Part shown: one piece after another, positions 27,001-39,774 of the stretch
How positions within the stretch are numbered: the stretch's first letter is position 1
Layout: each line of letters opens with the position of its first letter
NCBI GenBank assembly: GCA_965235115.1
Contig: OZ249445.1
Location: 8,246,001 to 8,310,000 of the forward strand
From: Laetmonice hystrix
Lineage: Eukaryota
DNA length: 64,000 nt
Direction: 5' to 3'
Made by a program: the position numbers and the translations under genes
The notes under the pieces: model-generated
Databases searched by the model: none
The model's input: the letters and a program-made list of their open reading frames with translations, nothing else
What the model was told of the DNA's origin: nothing

Positions 27001-30000
27001 GTACGAGTTAGCAATTCTCTGGGGAGGCCGTGGATACCATTGAGAGCCATACACGTTTGCTCAGGCAGAGAAAAGGAACCTTCTTTGTACAGGGGAAGTG
27101 TAGGGCAGTGTAGGCAGAAACGAATCCGGTCCTACATTGACCGCCCTTTGTTTGAATAATTGATGAAACCAAATATGTTCCCGGGAAGAGCGGAAGACTC
27201 GCCATCTGCGTCTTTGACGTGAAATGGCATCCGGCCTGGGGCCCTGTCCGTCCGCGGCCGTGTCCTGGCTGTATCCCGCTCAGTTTATGTCACAGTCTCC
27301 CCGCAGAGGGACGCCGGCCTAATGCAAAGACTACTATCGGTGGCACATCGACGCTCTGCAACACTACAAATAATTATTGACTCTGTTTCCTTGTAAGATA
27401 AAGACGGACAAATATGGAACTCGATAGCAGTTCAGACAATGGAGGTTGGAAGTATAGTATGAACGAAAGCGGGCGCGTGTATTCTGTGAGGCGTTCCTCC
27501 ATAACGGATGTATGGCGTGGACCGTGTTGCTTCCCCCACCCTCCTGTCACATAACAATGGGCGCAGTGACGCCTCCACGTGAAAGGCATTCACACATTTT
27601 GTAGCTGGGTAATACAAAGAGTCCCACTATGCATATATGCAATGACATGTTTGTATACAATGTTTATAAATGTTAATCTGTATTCTTACAGACGCTCTGC
27701 TCTGTGTGTGAGGGGCCTTTAACGAAGGAAGGTAAAGGTTGATTTATGACATTCTCCCGCAGTGTTTGGTTCCGCTGCCGTCAGATTGCAAAGACACCAC
27801 AGTGGCAGTTTTTATCGTTTCCTGGCAGTATTGTACGGAATGTTTCTTTCTACATTTACTGTCCCTTTCTTGCAGTTATTGCATTGAACATTACAAAAGT
27901 ACTGCCTTGAAAGCAATGAGCTAATGTATGTTTTTAGACAGGTCTCTTTATTAGATGTTTTGCTAAGAGACTTCATAGTAACCTCTTTACATAGACTGAG
28001 AATTCCTTCATGGACATCAGCAACGCATGATTTGTCGCCAATTGTGGTCCAATTTGCCCCCCCCCCCCACTTTGCCAGGATTACCAGTGAGAAACTCGGC
28101 TGTATACGATATATTGTGTGTAGATAAATGATCCTGTACTCTGTGTGGGACATATCGATGTCGTTAATTGCTTCAAACTCATGATAGAAGTGGACACTAA
28201 CAATTTGAAGAATAAAAATACAAGTGAACCATTTAAATAACATCAGTGTAAATATGCAAATGTCCTAAGTGTAGAGAATACACTGGTGGCGTGAATAAAA
28301 CACGGTTTGGGTGTGAGTGATTGTCGGACAGTACGGCCAGCCTGATTGAGTCCATGTATCTCTATTAAAAAGTCCCTGAAGACAGAGCGAGAGTACAGGA
28401 CGACGAAGTGCCCCAACCTGCAATGTCAGCCATGAGACGGAATGGGTGCTTACTCGCTTGTTTAACATGATTTACGGTAGTGTTATCCAATCAGATCCCC
28501 CCTAACATCGGATGAAAACGAGGCCTAGGCTAAGTGTGTTCTTATGTTTCATTGGCGTTCTGCCGTGTTGTCACGCTCATAGACTCCGAGTGTATGTTAG
28601 TTGGTTTGTGGTGTTAGTATATGATCGTTCAGTAATGGCGTGATGCTCTGATCCACCTTGTTTCGTTATCTCCACGGAATACAGAGGGTGGCAAAACACA
28701 TCTGACGGTATCCGGCTCTATTCTATCTCCTTCCGGTTGACAAATACAGTTTTTTCAAACTTAGACAGAAAGAAAGACGCACTACATCAAGTAGCGTATG
28801 ATACTCTGGTGTAATACTATATTCTGTTAGGTGCATTAAACATCAAATTTCCGGGATAAAATCTCTTCAGGTGAAACTGACAGCCTCGATTGCCCCTGGA
28901 TGTTGTAAAGGCGTTAAACCACGTAGTGCAGGACCCTACATGTGTTACGGCATTACTAGCGTAGTGGGTGTTCCTGGGTAAATATGGTTCATAAAAAAAG
29001 GTAACCATGATATAGAGGAAAAGATGGCGACTGTAGCTGATGTAGCTGTGACAATAGTGAGGGGAGTTTGGTGAAATGTGGTGTCGTAATGGAGGACATA
29101 AAATTAGGAAAGGGTACTCCGGTTTGGTCCACCAGTAAAAACTGACCTCCTGAGAATAACCGTGGCTGTTGTAGAAGTGTAAAACTTCAATCAATCAACC
29201 CCCCCCCCCCCCCCCGGAAGAAGGGGGTGGGGTATACACCTGCAGAGTCCAGTATATAAAAATAACGTCTTTTTGCCCTTGTTAGGTTTTTTCAATCCTC
29301 CCTCTAAACAGGCAGACAGTAGTTTTCCTCCTGATCTCAGTGTAGCAGACCCTGGTCTGGTGGCGCTGTTAGATATACCGACATAGGTGCATCATAGGAA
29401 AGCTTAATACTCCCACAAAGCGGGAGATAGAACCTAGAACGCGAAGCTGAATTATTGTGTATCTCTGCTCTTATATCTTCATTAGGAAACAAGGTTGGAG
29501 ACGAGTATGTGACGACGGGGCGGATGTGGCTAGCTGTGGGTTAAACGAAACAGTATATATCAACTCAGAAATCGCATAAACATTCAGGCCACCTTTCCGA
29601 TATTTGACCGGTACAACAACTTAGGTTTTTTACTTTCGAAAATACATGAAGTCGGTAAAAGCTTTTACTTATCGGGTCAGGTTTTAATATGGAGTCCCGC
29701 TATGAGCAAGACATGTAACATGAACGAGCTGTCAGTTCAGGGCGGGAAAAACGTTCGTAATTCTGACGGATGCATTTCTTTTACCAGAAAGACAACTGTG
29801 CAGATGTTTGGAGCATGAGTTGTTTATTACCTGTACTACTAACGCAGAAACGATGGCTTTCGTTGACCGTACACACGGCCTTCACCCCCATATCGGCCTA
29901 TAGACATCAGTGCGACATCTGAATACCAAACCAGGGCGTTTTCAAACCGTGTCCAGTACGTGGTTTTGTTATGCCACGCGTGTGTTCATGATGAAGAACG

Positions 30001-33000
30001 TGACAAGTGAACTGGTGCGACTACACATGCACGGACATTATGGGAGCAACCTTTCACAGGTCTGCATACCTTCACAACACAGGCTGTTAGCACTTTGACA
30101 CAGCCTTCGGCAATGATAGAAAGTGTTTGGATTAGCTGTCAACAGAACAATATGAAAGACCTTCAGCAGAATGGTCGAGTTGCCGCCACTGTCTATTGTT
30201 GGGCCGTGATTGCATGCAGACTGTACCATCTGGAACTGTTCGGGTGGAGGTTATTGTGCTTTGGTCGGCGTGCTGCAGGTTGACATTGTGACACTGAATG
30301 AAGGGGATCGAGATGTCGACCACCCGTCATCCAACCTCTCGACCCGCCCTAATCGCCCTACCACCTGATACCAGTCGGTGGCTTTCAAATAAACTACTCC
30401 AAGATAAAATATTATAATACGTGCTAATTCCTCCTCCGTTTTCCCATCATGTGGATTACAATATGAGGAGAAACACAAACTGGTTCAAAGTTCGCCTCAA
30501 TACATCAGCATTGACTTCTGTTGCAAATGTCAAGCGTTTTCTATTATTTCGTTCCAGGTTTAAAGTGAACCATAAAATACTAGTAGGAAGGAGGAAAATA
30601 CTTAGAAAAGAAACCTAATTGGCCTGAGTTTGCTTTCAAGCATAAAAATGATATTAAGTGACGCCATGTATTTTATACAGGCCTTTCCATTTTACTTGTA
30701 GGGATTTAAGGTGGTTGGCCAGGTTTTTAGCGTTTATTCGATATGGTTAACGAAAGGATAACAACTTGACGCTCCCAAGCATACCATAAAAATATAGGCG
30801 ACACATGCTGCTAACGGAGGAGGCACAACGCGACAACCAGAGTGAGGAGGCATAACGTACCCTTCTATGGACAGCCACACGTAGGGACACGGACTTACGT
30901 GTATTACTGTAACGTCACGAAGCCATGTCAGACTTAGATCCAACACTGAAATGCACCGTGGGTTCGAGGAAGGAACTTGATCGTTCTCGTTCACGTTGGC
31001 TTTGTATGGTCAATTGACTGGAAGGATGTACTTGCTTGAAAATCGGAAACCGTGCCATTTCTTTAAAAAAACTCTGATTGAATTACACTCCCCGTTCACA
31101 TTGTGCACACACACCACCATCGACTCACAAAATCATGTCCGACTGGTTGTCCAGAGGGAGGCGGTGGTGATGGGGATGAGTCAGGTCGTAGTTATGTTGG
31201 ATAGATTTGATCACATTATGGGTAAAATACCCTAAAATTCCTTTCCTTACCCTGAAAGACTGCCACGCCAGCTTTAGCATCCACACAAAATTGCATGGAG
31301 AAAGCAAGAGATATGAAACAACCCCCAGAGTAATGGTCCAAGAACACATTGGTGGTGTTATAATCTTAATCTTCCATGCGCGGAAAATTCCCCTCGCCAA
31401 TCCTTGTGAAAATTAACAACGGCAAATAGTACAACCTCCCTTGATCTTCGTACTCCTGGGGCTCACTTCAAACAGGGCGTCTTCCCCCAGGGTGCCTCCG
31501 AGTGGTGACATGAACGCCTCTGTGTGCTTGCTGATTTTCTTGCTGAACGAAAAGCCGATAGGAGGCTTTCCACCGGTAGAGCATTCCACCATGCTGTGTG
31601 AATTTAGATTATATAAAGTATATGGTACATAAAGGCCGGGCTATGATACGGTTTCCTTGTAATTCGGGTGGTCGGGCCTCATCACTACATTAAGCATGGA
31701 CACAACGATGTACGTCTACGTCTGCCTCCGTGTTTCGAAAACCTTCCTGCATCAAGGTCTTTTTATAAATAAACTCATTCACTTCTTTGTGAAACGTGAC
31801 TTGTCATCACCCTGCTGTAAAATGGTCCTGATGTTAACTGAGAACTATCAGTCAGTCACTATCACATGATGATCCAATAGTTGATGTCATTTGATTGTGC
31901 TTCAACTTACCCCCATTGGTCTACGTGTTCACACTACTTGGCGTAACGTTTCCCTAATATACGTGAAGGAAGTGTTCGCCATGAATCAGTGAGCAGATAC
32001 GTTTGATTAAAAACGTGTTTAAGATATCAAATCACATAATAAGATAATTTTATTGGCACGCAAAAACACAGGGGCTATCGGGTGACTCAATGTTGTTAAA
32101 CCTCTCGCACCAGGATTATATTACATGTTTTAGTGTCATTCATACAAACAAGACGGCCCGAATAGAGCTCATAAGGAGAAAGGTCATCATTAATCTCATT
32201 AATTACCTTCATTATTAGGTATTATATCTTATGTCAATGTAAAAACCGGTGTCATAAGGATAGATCTATACACAAGCGTGTAGACAAAGGATCTCTGTCA
32301 CTTTTGAATAATAAGGAAGACTACCGCTGTCATATTCTGTCGCGGCAATTGATCAGCTGTCGTCTTTGTCATATTCATATGCTTATACTTAGACATGGCA
32401 CTCGGCGACCTTTTCCAGCGTTCGTTTCATTTCAGAACACTCTTAATTCTGGCCATCACAGAGGCTTAACATGTTAAGTGAGCTAAATATGCGGAATACG
32501 ATGTGCGTGATATTGTCCGGTATAGTACATGCTAAAATATACAGTGTATGTACTGAAAAGAAGTTTTTGCAGTTCTTCGAAATGTTTCTTTATGTACTGA
32601 TAAGTTCTAATTAATTAAAATGGATACGTAATAAGCGGTCGAAGCAATATGAAAGAAGTATCTGCTCAAATTAGTGTGATAATAATCTATAACGGGTCGT
32701 TTGTTGGAGTAATGTGCCAGTCAAATAATAAAGTACGGTTGCCGCCGGTTGGAGGCAGCCTTTCCTTCCATGTGGCAATCTTACCTGTCCATTCGCCCTA
32801 AAAGGGACATTGTTTTAACGTATACCATGGACTGCAGACAGCTGAAGGTTCCTAACACAGCTGCGCCCAAGTATATTGTAAGCAGCAGATGGAGGACTTC
32901 TCATTCTCCACTCCATGGAGTTAATCAACTGAGAGTAATATCTTTAACTCGTAGTGTTGTATATATAGGCTAAGATCTCCACCCATTGTGGGCACTGGCA

Positions 33001-33029
33001 GGAAGTGGCATATTTTTTGTGTATGTTGA

Positions 33030-33305
33030 CAGGGTTCCAATGGTTATGAAAAGTTATGGAAAATGAAATTTGGTTTTCCAGGCCTGGAAAAGTCATGGAA
33101 AAGTCATAGAGAACGAGGGAAAGTCATGAAAAGGTCATGGAATTTGTTATTTCTCTTGAACCACATTTTTGTTTCTGTTAGGCCTAAATTATAAAGTTCC
33201 ACGACGTACCAGGCGACAATTCTGGGATTTTAGTGAATTTTATTAATTTTATCCGGAATTGGTCATGAAATTTAGGAGTTTCGGTCTGGAAAAGTCCGGA
33301 AGTTT
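33030..33305. mobile_element. hAT-like MITE fragment: left end present, right TIR not found
   Basis: Begins CAGGGTTCC, followed by repeated (G)GAAAAGTCATGG-type subterminal motifs at about 33047-33145 and again at 33261-33305, a layout typical of non-autonomous hAT elements. Confidence 0.6.
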
Positions 33306-33370
33306 CAACCTTTTTTCTGGCAGGCCTTGAATTCAACAGAGGCTATGTAGTTGTAGATGACGTCAGGCAG

Positions 33371-33602
33371 CCGATACGCATGTTCTCTCCTTCTTCAAGA
33401 AGAGAGATTGGTCTCTCCTTCTTCAAGTAGAGTTCACCCAACGCGCCTAGTGGTGGGCGCAATGGGTGGAGAATTCCTTCTCCAAATTGAGACTACCCCT
33501 AAACCTAACCTTAACGGTCTGTGATTGGCTAATGATCTTGAGACTTGTCTTCTTGAAGAAGGAGAGACCAACAGAATTCTCTCTGCTTCACATGCGTATC
33601 GG
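33371..33602. mobile_element. Short foldback/MITE-like element with two pairs of inverted repeats
   Basis: CCGATACGCATGT (33371-33383) / ACATGCGTATCGG (33590-33602), perfect 13 bp. TTGGTCTCTCCTTCTTCAAG (33408-33427) / CTTGAAGAAGGAGAGACCAA (33552-33571), perfect 20 bp. Internal CCTAAACCTAACCTTAAC. Confidence 0.75.
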
Positions 33603-36600
33603 GTCCAGCATCAGGACTTAATAACCATGCAGATTGATGAAGAAATCCTGTAGCTAGAAAGGTCAAACGGTAACATTCACGCAGCATCCAACAGTAAAGT
33701 AGAAAGAGTTATGTAGGAGAAAGCAATGCGTACACACGTTTGGCTATGTCCTATGTTGACCTTTCTATGCAACCAATATTGATTGGCGACGATAGGGAAA
33801 TAGATTGGCGGTGTACACATGATGCAGGGAGAGTGTAAAAGGACGACGACAAACGGTACGTGGACGGCGGAGGTTGGAGGTGGGCCACCCACCAGTGTGA
33901 CAGACAGGGCCGTAAATGAATGGCGGCTATGGCCCCCAGCGTCCGGGCCAAGGCGACATGCTCGGCCCCGATAAGTTTCCCGGGAAATGAGATGCGCTCC
34001 CACCTACAATATACTCCTAGAAGGTGTTAAAGGAGTGCATGTTTATGTTACTGATGCTTCGCAGAGCCATCCATCTATTTGTACTGCCAATGCTAACACT
34101 GATTTAGACAGGCCTGCGTTCAATTTCTAGACGTTCACCATGTGAAGCTGACAATTCGTATGATTCAATAGAAGTGATTTATTGCAATTCGTGTTGGGGC
34201 TGCCACAGCCACAGATCAAAGGACAATCTGTTGGGATGCCCTTAGCGATGTGTTCGCATTCTGCTTCTATGAAATGATGAGGTGGCATATCTGTTATAAT
34301 GTAAGACTCGTTATAGATATTTGTCCAAGTCTATAAAATGTCTTACACGGCAAAATGGGCAGTATCAGATGGGGCGTGAGGCCTAGCTAATGCAAGGCTC
34401 GATAAGAAATTGTAAAACCCTGAAAAAAAAAGAGAAAGGAAAAAGATGCCGGTGTAACTGTTCAATATCATGAATCTATTTCAAACGGCCAGCAAAATCA
34501 GCAAGCCTTTGTTTAATAGGTTGTATTGACTAGGAGCTTTTATAAAGGCACTGTATGTAAAACGTGAACGGTGCGACCATGAACGCTGCATGACGCCAAT
34601 TGTATTGTAAGCATTGAGTGCGGGTATATATGAACAACGCACGTTAAACGGGATGAGGCAGACGATCCAACTGTTTCCGACCTTGATGATCTGGCGGCAG
34701 AGCGTCAGGCCGTATCATGGTTTGGGGTCTGGTGGGGACCTGCCAAACTGCCCCACTGGGACGTGCCCGTGCGCGAGAAGGCCGAGACATGAGGCGGAGG
34801 TGAGTGATAAGTGCTGGCGGAAGCGACTATGGACAGGTACACTGCTTCCCACCGGCGGTCGACATGCACGGCCCGCCGGCCGCGCACTCTCTCTCTCTCT
34901 CCCTCCCGGAACACTCTTGCTCTTAACCGATATCTCATCCCATCCCATCCCCTCAAACCACTTGGACTTCGGGACCCCAGGAGCCGATCGCACGGCCCCA
35001 CTCTGTATCTAAGAGCTGAAAGTTGGGCTGGCTTTTGTTGAATGATACACCCTCCATGGCGGGATGCTGTATCTCCAGGTGTATCACAGGTGACGTTAAG
35101 GGGACAGCTGATACAGGTGTACACGGCGGCGGCGGGGTTCATTGGACCACCGTTGTCATCCCTCATCATCCACCGCCGTCCACGTAAAGACTCGTGCCGC
35201 AGGAACTGATAGCGCCACTACAAGCGCCACTACAAGCGCCCATGACGACGGCGCGCCACGGTCGGAGGCCTTGGCGCTCCCAGTGATATTCTCATTGTTC
35301 TTGTTCGAGGCTGATCTGTGGATTACATGACGTCCTTTCTCGCGTGCCGGTTCGCCGTTGATGGCAACATCAAGCTTCCTAGCGGCAGTACCACAGCAGC
35401 TGGGAGATTGCAGCAGAAGCCGTTAGCTTGGCCATAGAACTGGCTGAGATCGCACTGAGGTACATACTGGGGTCTGCCCCGCGCCCACCGTAAGTGACAT
35501 CTTATGAGCACGTGGCCGGCTGAAAGAGAGCGCGCATGCAAATGTTTCAATCAGCGGCCAGATAAAAGACGCAGTAGATGGAGGACATAAGGAAATTCTG
35601 AGCAATTTGAAAGGAGCTGCCTGGCATTACGGTGACAGTAATTGGGCATTTGCAGCATCGAACATCAAGCCAGACACCTGCCGAGATACGTGTGCTGTAG
35701 TACGTGTATACGTCTACCTGCCGTATGATAGTCAATCATGTGAGGACAGGAGACGCTCATCGTCAGGTTTACCGGATCACGTGACCCTTGGTGTGATCTC
35801 TGCCTCCATTCAAAGCGGTAACGACAGGAGAAGATGTCCGCACTCTGAGACTTTCGAGTTGTCAAACGCTCGGACGATTTTGAGAGGGTGCTATACAAAA
35901 TCGAGCCGGCGAATCATAATATGCACTTCGGATGTGTATCACCGTGGGATGTAATGCATCGGTTTCAGTACAAAGGATCCTCGGGTGGGTCTGATGCATT
36001 GGCTGCCATGATGCATGATGCATGTCTCGGCATTTAGACATAGGGACGACGGGCGAGCGAGGTGGGAATAACTAACAACAAGCCCACGTGTTCGATCCCT
36101 GGCCGTCGTTGTCGTCGGCTGCCTTTCGCACCCTGACGTTCGGACGCTGGTAACAGGGGCACAAACTGCACCTTCCAGTGTGACCGGGGCAGTTTTCCTA
36201 ACTGACCTTTACAAGGTGTTGAGTAGACCATAGCAGCTAACCCGGAGTGTGTCCTGAAGGTGCTGAAGTAGAAAAACCGGTCTAGGGCATTGCCCTACTG
36301 GCTTTATTGCTTACACGGCCTGGACAGAATGGCTGGTCCTTGGGCGGTGGGGCAAGGTTTTACGTTAACGCGCAGTGGTTAGAGAAAGATCTCAGGCTGT
36401 AGTCCATACACAAATGCCTACACCCGAGTGAAACCGACGCACTCAATATCTGAATTCTATGGGTTGTAGTCAGTGTTTCAGAGTCTGAGTGTATAAGCAC
36501 TTAGTGCACTATCCAGACGAGACAACCGCGCTATTATTTCCCAATTGAACACACAGTGCGCCCGCCCGCCCGCGTTAAGTGCATTCGCATGGCTTTGTAA

Positions 36601-37297
36601 GGGTGGGTCGTCCGATACAGTAAATACAGTGGCCATTATCATAATTCACAGGGGCGGGCTCACATATATACGGCGTTTTACCGGTTTCTGTTCACTAACG
36701 CCCGCTCTCTGCAAGGTTACAGACTTGATTATGTGACGCGATCAGATGACATATGTGTCCTGCTACCCTTGGTACCGATTTCTTTGTCTCCCTTCCAAGG
36801 GCCAGCGGACCGAAACCGTGTCACCCAGGTTCGGTGACTTTAGTGTTTTCACCTGTAGATGTGCGAGAAAAGGTGAACGCCGGGTCTATCGTGGGAGGGA
36901 GGGAGTATCCGATGACGGAGGGTATAATAGGGGCGGCGGTGACACCAAGCAGATGAAGGGTAGCAGGCCTACAGCAGCGCCCTTAGCGGAGAAACTTCCA
37001 TGTCTGCTCATGTCACATGCTCTACGTGCTGGCGTCAAGGCATCATCACATTAAAGGACGACGGTGGAAGCATGTCCCCTGCAGAACTAGTCGGCAGTTC
37101 GAGTAGGTCAAGCGAAGCAGCCAACAATACTGCCAGTCATCGAGGCTTCCCTTTTTTCACCCCCCACCAACCGGACACAGTGTGTACGTCGTGTTTCATA
37201 CCGTCATCTATTTCACACGGTGACGGCCGTGATTTTGTGCGACTTTTCCCAGAAACACTGGGTGGACTTTTCTCGGAGAAGTTACTGGCCCGTCAAG

Positions 37298-38484
37298 ATG
37301 AGGCTCTCCCCCAAGAGAGGTCTGACGTTCCTACTCAGTGTTTGTATGTTTGTCATCGTGTACCTGAATGTTTTATCGTTTGTGGATCACGAACAACAAA
37401 TGGCCACGCTCTTCTCGGTGCAGGATGGCATGGCCCCCCTCGACGATCCCGGCGAGAGGTATGTGATCCGCGGGGGTGAGGTACTGCGTGTAGACTCAGA
37501 CAGGTACCGACAGTTGATAAACGAAGTAGAACATTCCGACAAGTTGATTCAGCACGGACCCGTGGGTATCCACACGGTGAAGCTCCATCCAGGCTTGGAT
37601 ACCGCACGGATCCTACTTGATGCCAGGGATGCGGCGCATAAGGGGCAACTCTTTGAGAAGAAAGAAACGCCAAAGATTACAGAGATCAGAATGCCATCTC
37701 ATCGGGGTCGTACCGGCAAGCGATCCATCTGGCCCAATCCAAGAGAGAGATACGACGATAGAATCCTAGATCAGATCCTCTACGTGCCTACGAACATTAA
37801 AAACAAACGCGAAAAGAAACTTTCCGATGACCCTGGCATGACGAACCTTACCGAGGATATCAGTCCTTTGAAGACGATCTTGATGTGGAGTGGTGTAGGT
37901 GATATGAAAGGCGGACGAACCCATTTCCTGGAGGATAAGTGCCTGGTGGATACGTGCCATGTGACGGACAATGCCGCACTCCTAGAGAAAGTCGACGCCG
38001 TCGTGTTTAATTTTGACCCTGTGTACTATACGTGGACACGGCCGCCGAACCAGATCTGGATTCTGTGGATGTTAGAGTCACCTCTTCATACAGCCAGCCT
38101 CAGAGACATGAAGAATCAAGTCAATTGGACAGCTACCTATCGCTGGGACTCGACTATTGTCACGCCATATGAGAAGTTCCTCACTTACAAAAATGGCCAA
38201 TTCCCAACCAAGCCTGACAAAAATTACGCCACAGGTAAAACGCGGAAAGTGGCTTGGTTCGTATCGAATTGTGGTGCGAGGAATAAACGGCTCGAGTATG
38301 CCGAGGAGCTTGCAAAATACATCGAAGTGGACATTTATGGTGCTTGTGGTCCGTTTAAGTGTTCCCGAATGGACCAGGATGCGTGTCTTAACATACTACG
38401 GAGGGACTATAAGTTCTATCTCGCCTTCGAGAACTCTAACTGTGATCAGTACATCACCGAAAAGTTCTTTTGGAATGGTTTAAA
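37298..38484 (+). CDS. FucTA: Alpha-1,3-fucosyltransferase (GT10, FucTA-like), coding exon 1: cytoplasmic tail, transmembrane anchor, stem and most of the catalytic domain
   Basis: Part of ORF 37220-38488. First in-frame ATG at 37298 (context aagATG), with an in-frame TAG upstream at 37088. Type II membrane start MRLSPKR-GLTFLLSVCMFVIVYLNVLSFV. GT10 motifs: DRILDQILYVP, CLVDTC, LESP, NWTATYRWDSTIVTPY, KVAWFVSNCGARN, IEVDIYGACG, YKFYLAFENSNC..YITEKFF. Ends at donor TTAAA|GTAAGT (GT at 38485). The FucTA assignment rests on recalled similarity to insect FucTA, not on a search. Confidence 0.93.
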
Positions 38485-39745
38485 GTAAGTATTGACCTCG
38501 TTTTTTTTTTTAACAGCTCATATGATATATTACTATGTATGTGTATATGTATGTAACTATACATGCGGGGGTTCTTTAATGAGGTAGGCCGTAGCGGTCC
38601 TTTTTCTCATTTATCGTCAGCCACCAGCCTTTTTCAGTATAATGAGAAATTACCCTGTTCATCTGTGCCATATAAGTGTACATCCTTGTTGGTACGGCGC
38701 AGCCACATTTTACTGTCTAAACCTTTGTATATGTGTATCCTAAAAACGTCAAGGAAGTTTGACTCCTGTTATCGAAACTTAGAGCGAACTTAATGTTCAG
38801 CCTAATGAGCGTAGATCTAGCACAAATTCGTGTTGTTCCCATAGTCTGAAGAAACTTAGCAACCTCCAGACAAATTGGCAGTAGCCCGGTTTTTGTGGCA
38901 ATTAAAGGGAGGAAAGCGCAGCAGGTTGACTTCACACGGCGTTGGTGGGTAGCGGCAGGTACGCTACACGTTCTCCGTCACAGGGGTGCGTTTCACAACG
39001 ATCGTTAACTTGCCGTGCGTTAAATTCCCCCTTGAAAAGATACAAGGTAATGACAGGTGGTGATCCCCCCCCTAACCCCCAACCCCAACCCCAACCCCCA
39101 GTATCGGAGTACCCGGGTTTCACCTCTTTATTAGCAACGCCCAGGTGGGTGTCACTTGGGCGACAACTTCATGACCTGTATCTGGGACTTGGAACTCGCC
39201 AGGCGCGACCGGAGGCACCGCTGGGTTGACCACCAGAAAGCGTATCAAACCCTCAGGGAACGCTTTTACGGTAAACCGTATCTGGACAGGAATAAAGCAT
39301 ATAAAACTGGCATGCAGAACGCAAACGGAGATTGGCCTTGGTTTCGTGGTCCGGGTCGATCCTATATTTCATCCAGACAATGGGGTTAGGCATCTGCATT
39401 TGTATCGAGTAGAATATTAGTTCTGTTCCAAACAAAAGACATGAGTGCAATCCCATTTGTAGGAGAAAAATCGCGTTTGCTGCGGTGTACATGGGTAGTG
39501 TGATGGGGGTTACATTGAAGGAGCTGTCTGACAATTAAGACGTTTTTTTTTCTATCAAGTGCACAGTTTGACACCGACCGTCTGATGGAAGCTAACATAC
39601 TCGCCTTGAGAAGTTATGTTTGAATGATTCCTTCACATTGACCTCCCTCGTATGTAGGGCAAAGCCAGATTGGACTGAAAGTCGCTCGGGAGGACCATTT
39701 GAAGTGTAGGGGGGCTATGTATTTTTTGCATCATCTGCTGACTAA

Positions 39746-39774
39746 CCCCCCCCCCCCCACACACACACACACAC
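39746..39774. repeat. Poly-C followed by (CA)n microsatellite
   Basis: C run 39746-39758, then about 8 CA units. Confidence 0.85.

Noticed and set aside
27812-28243. 143-aa minus-strand ORF with a hydrophobic N-terminus
   Set aside because: No recognisable motif, crosses a poly-G run and lacks exon-boundary support.
36085-36105. B-box-like GTTCGATCCC suggesting a tRNA or SINE
   Set aside because: No matching A-box spacing or cloverleaf stems in the flanks.
37220-37297. GTG start giving the 422-aa ORF ending at 38488
   Set aside because: Eukaryotic gene: ATG 37298 precedes a typical short tail and transmembrane helix, and the TAA at 38486 lies inside the GTAAGT donor.
39156-39389. Protein-looking 77-aa ORF in the intron (..RERFYGKPYLDRNKAY..)
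   Set aside because: No recognisable family, non-ATG start, no convincing splice sites and no GT10 motif, so not an alternative exon 2.
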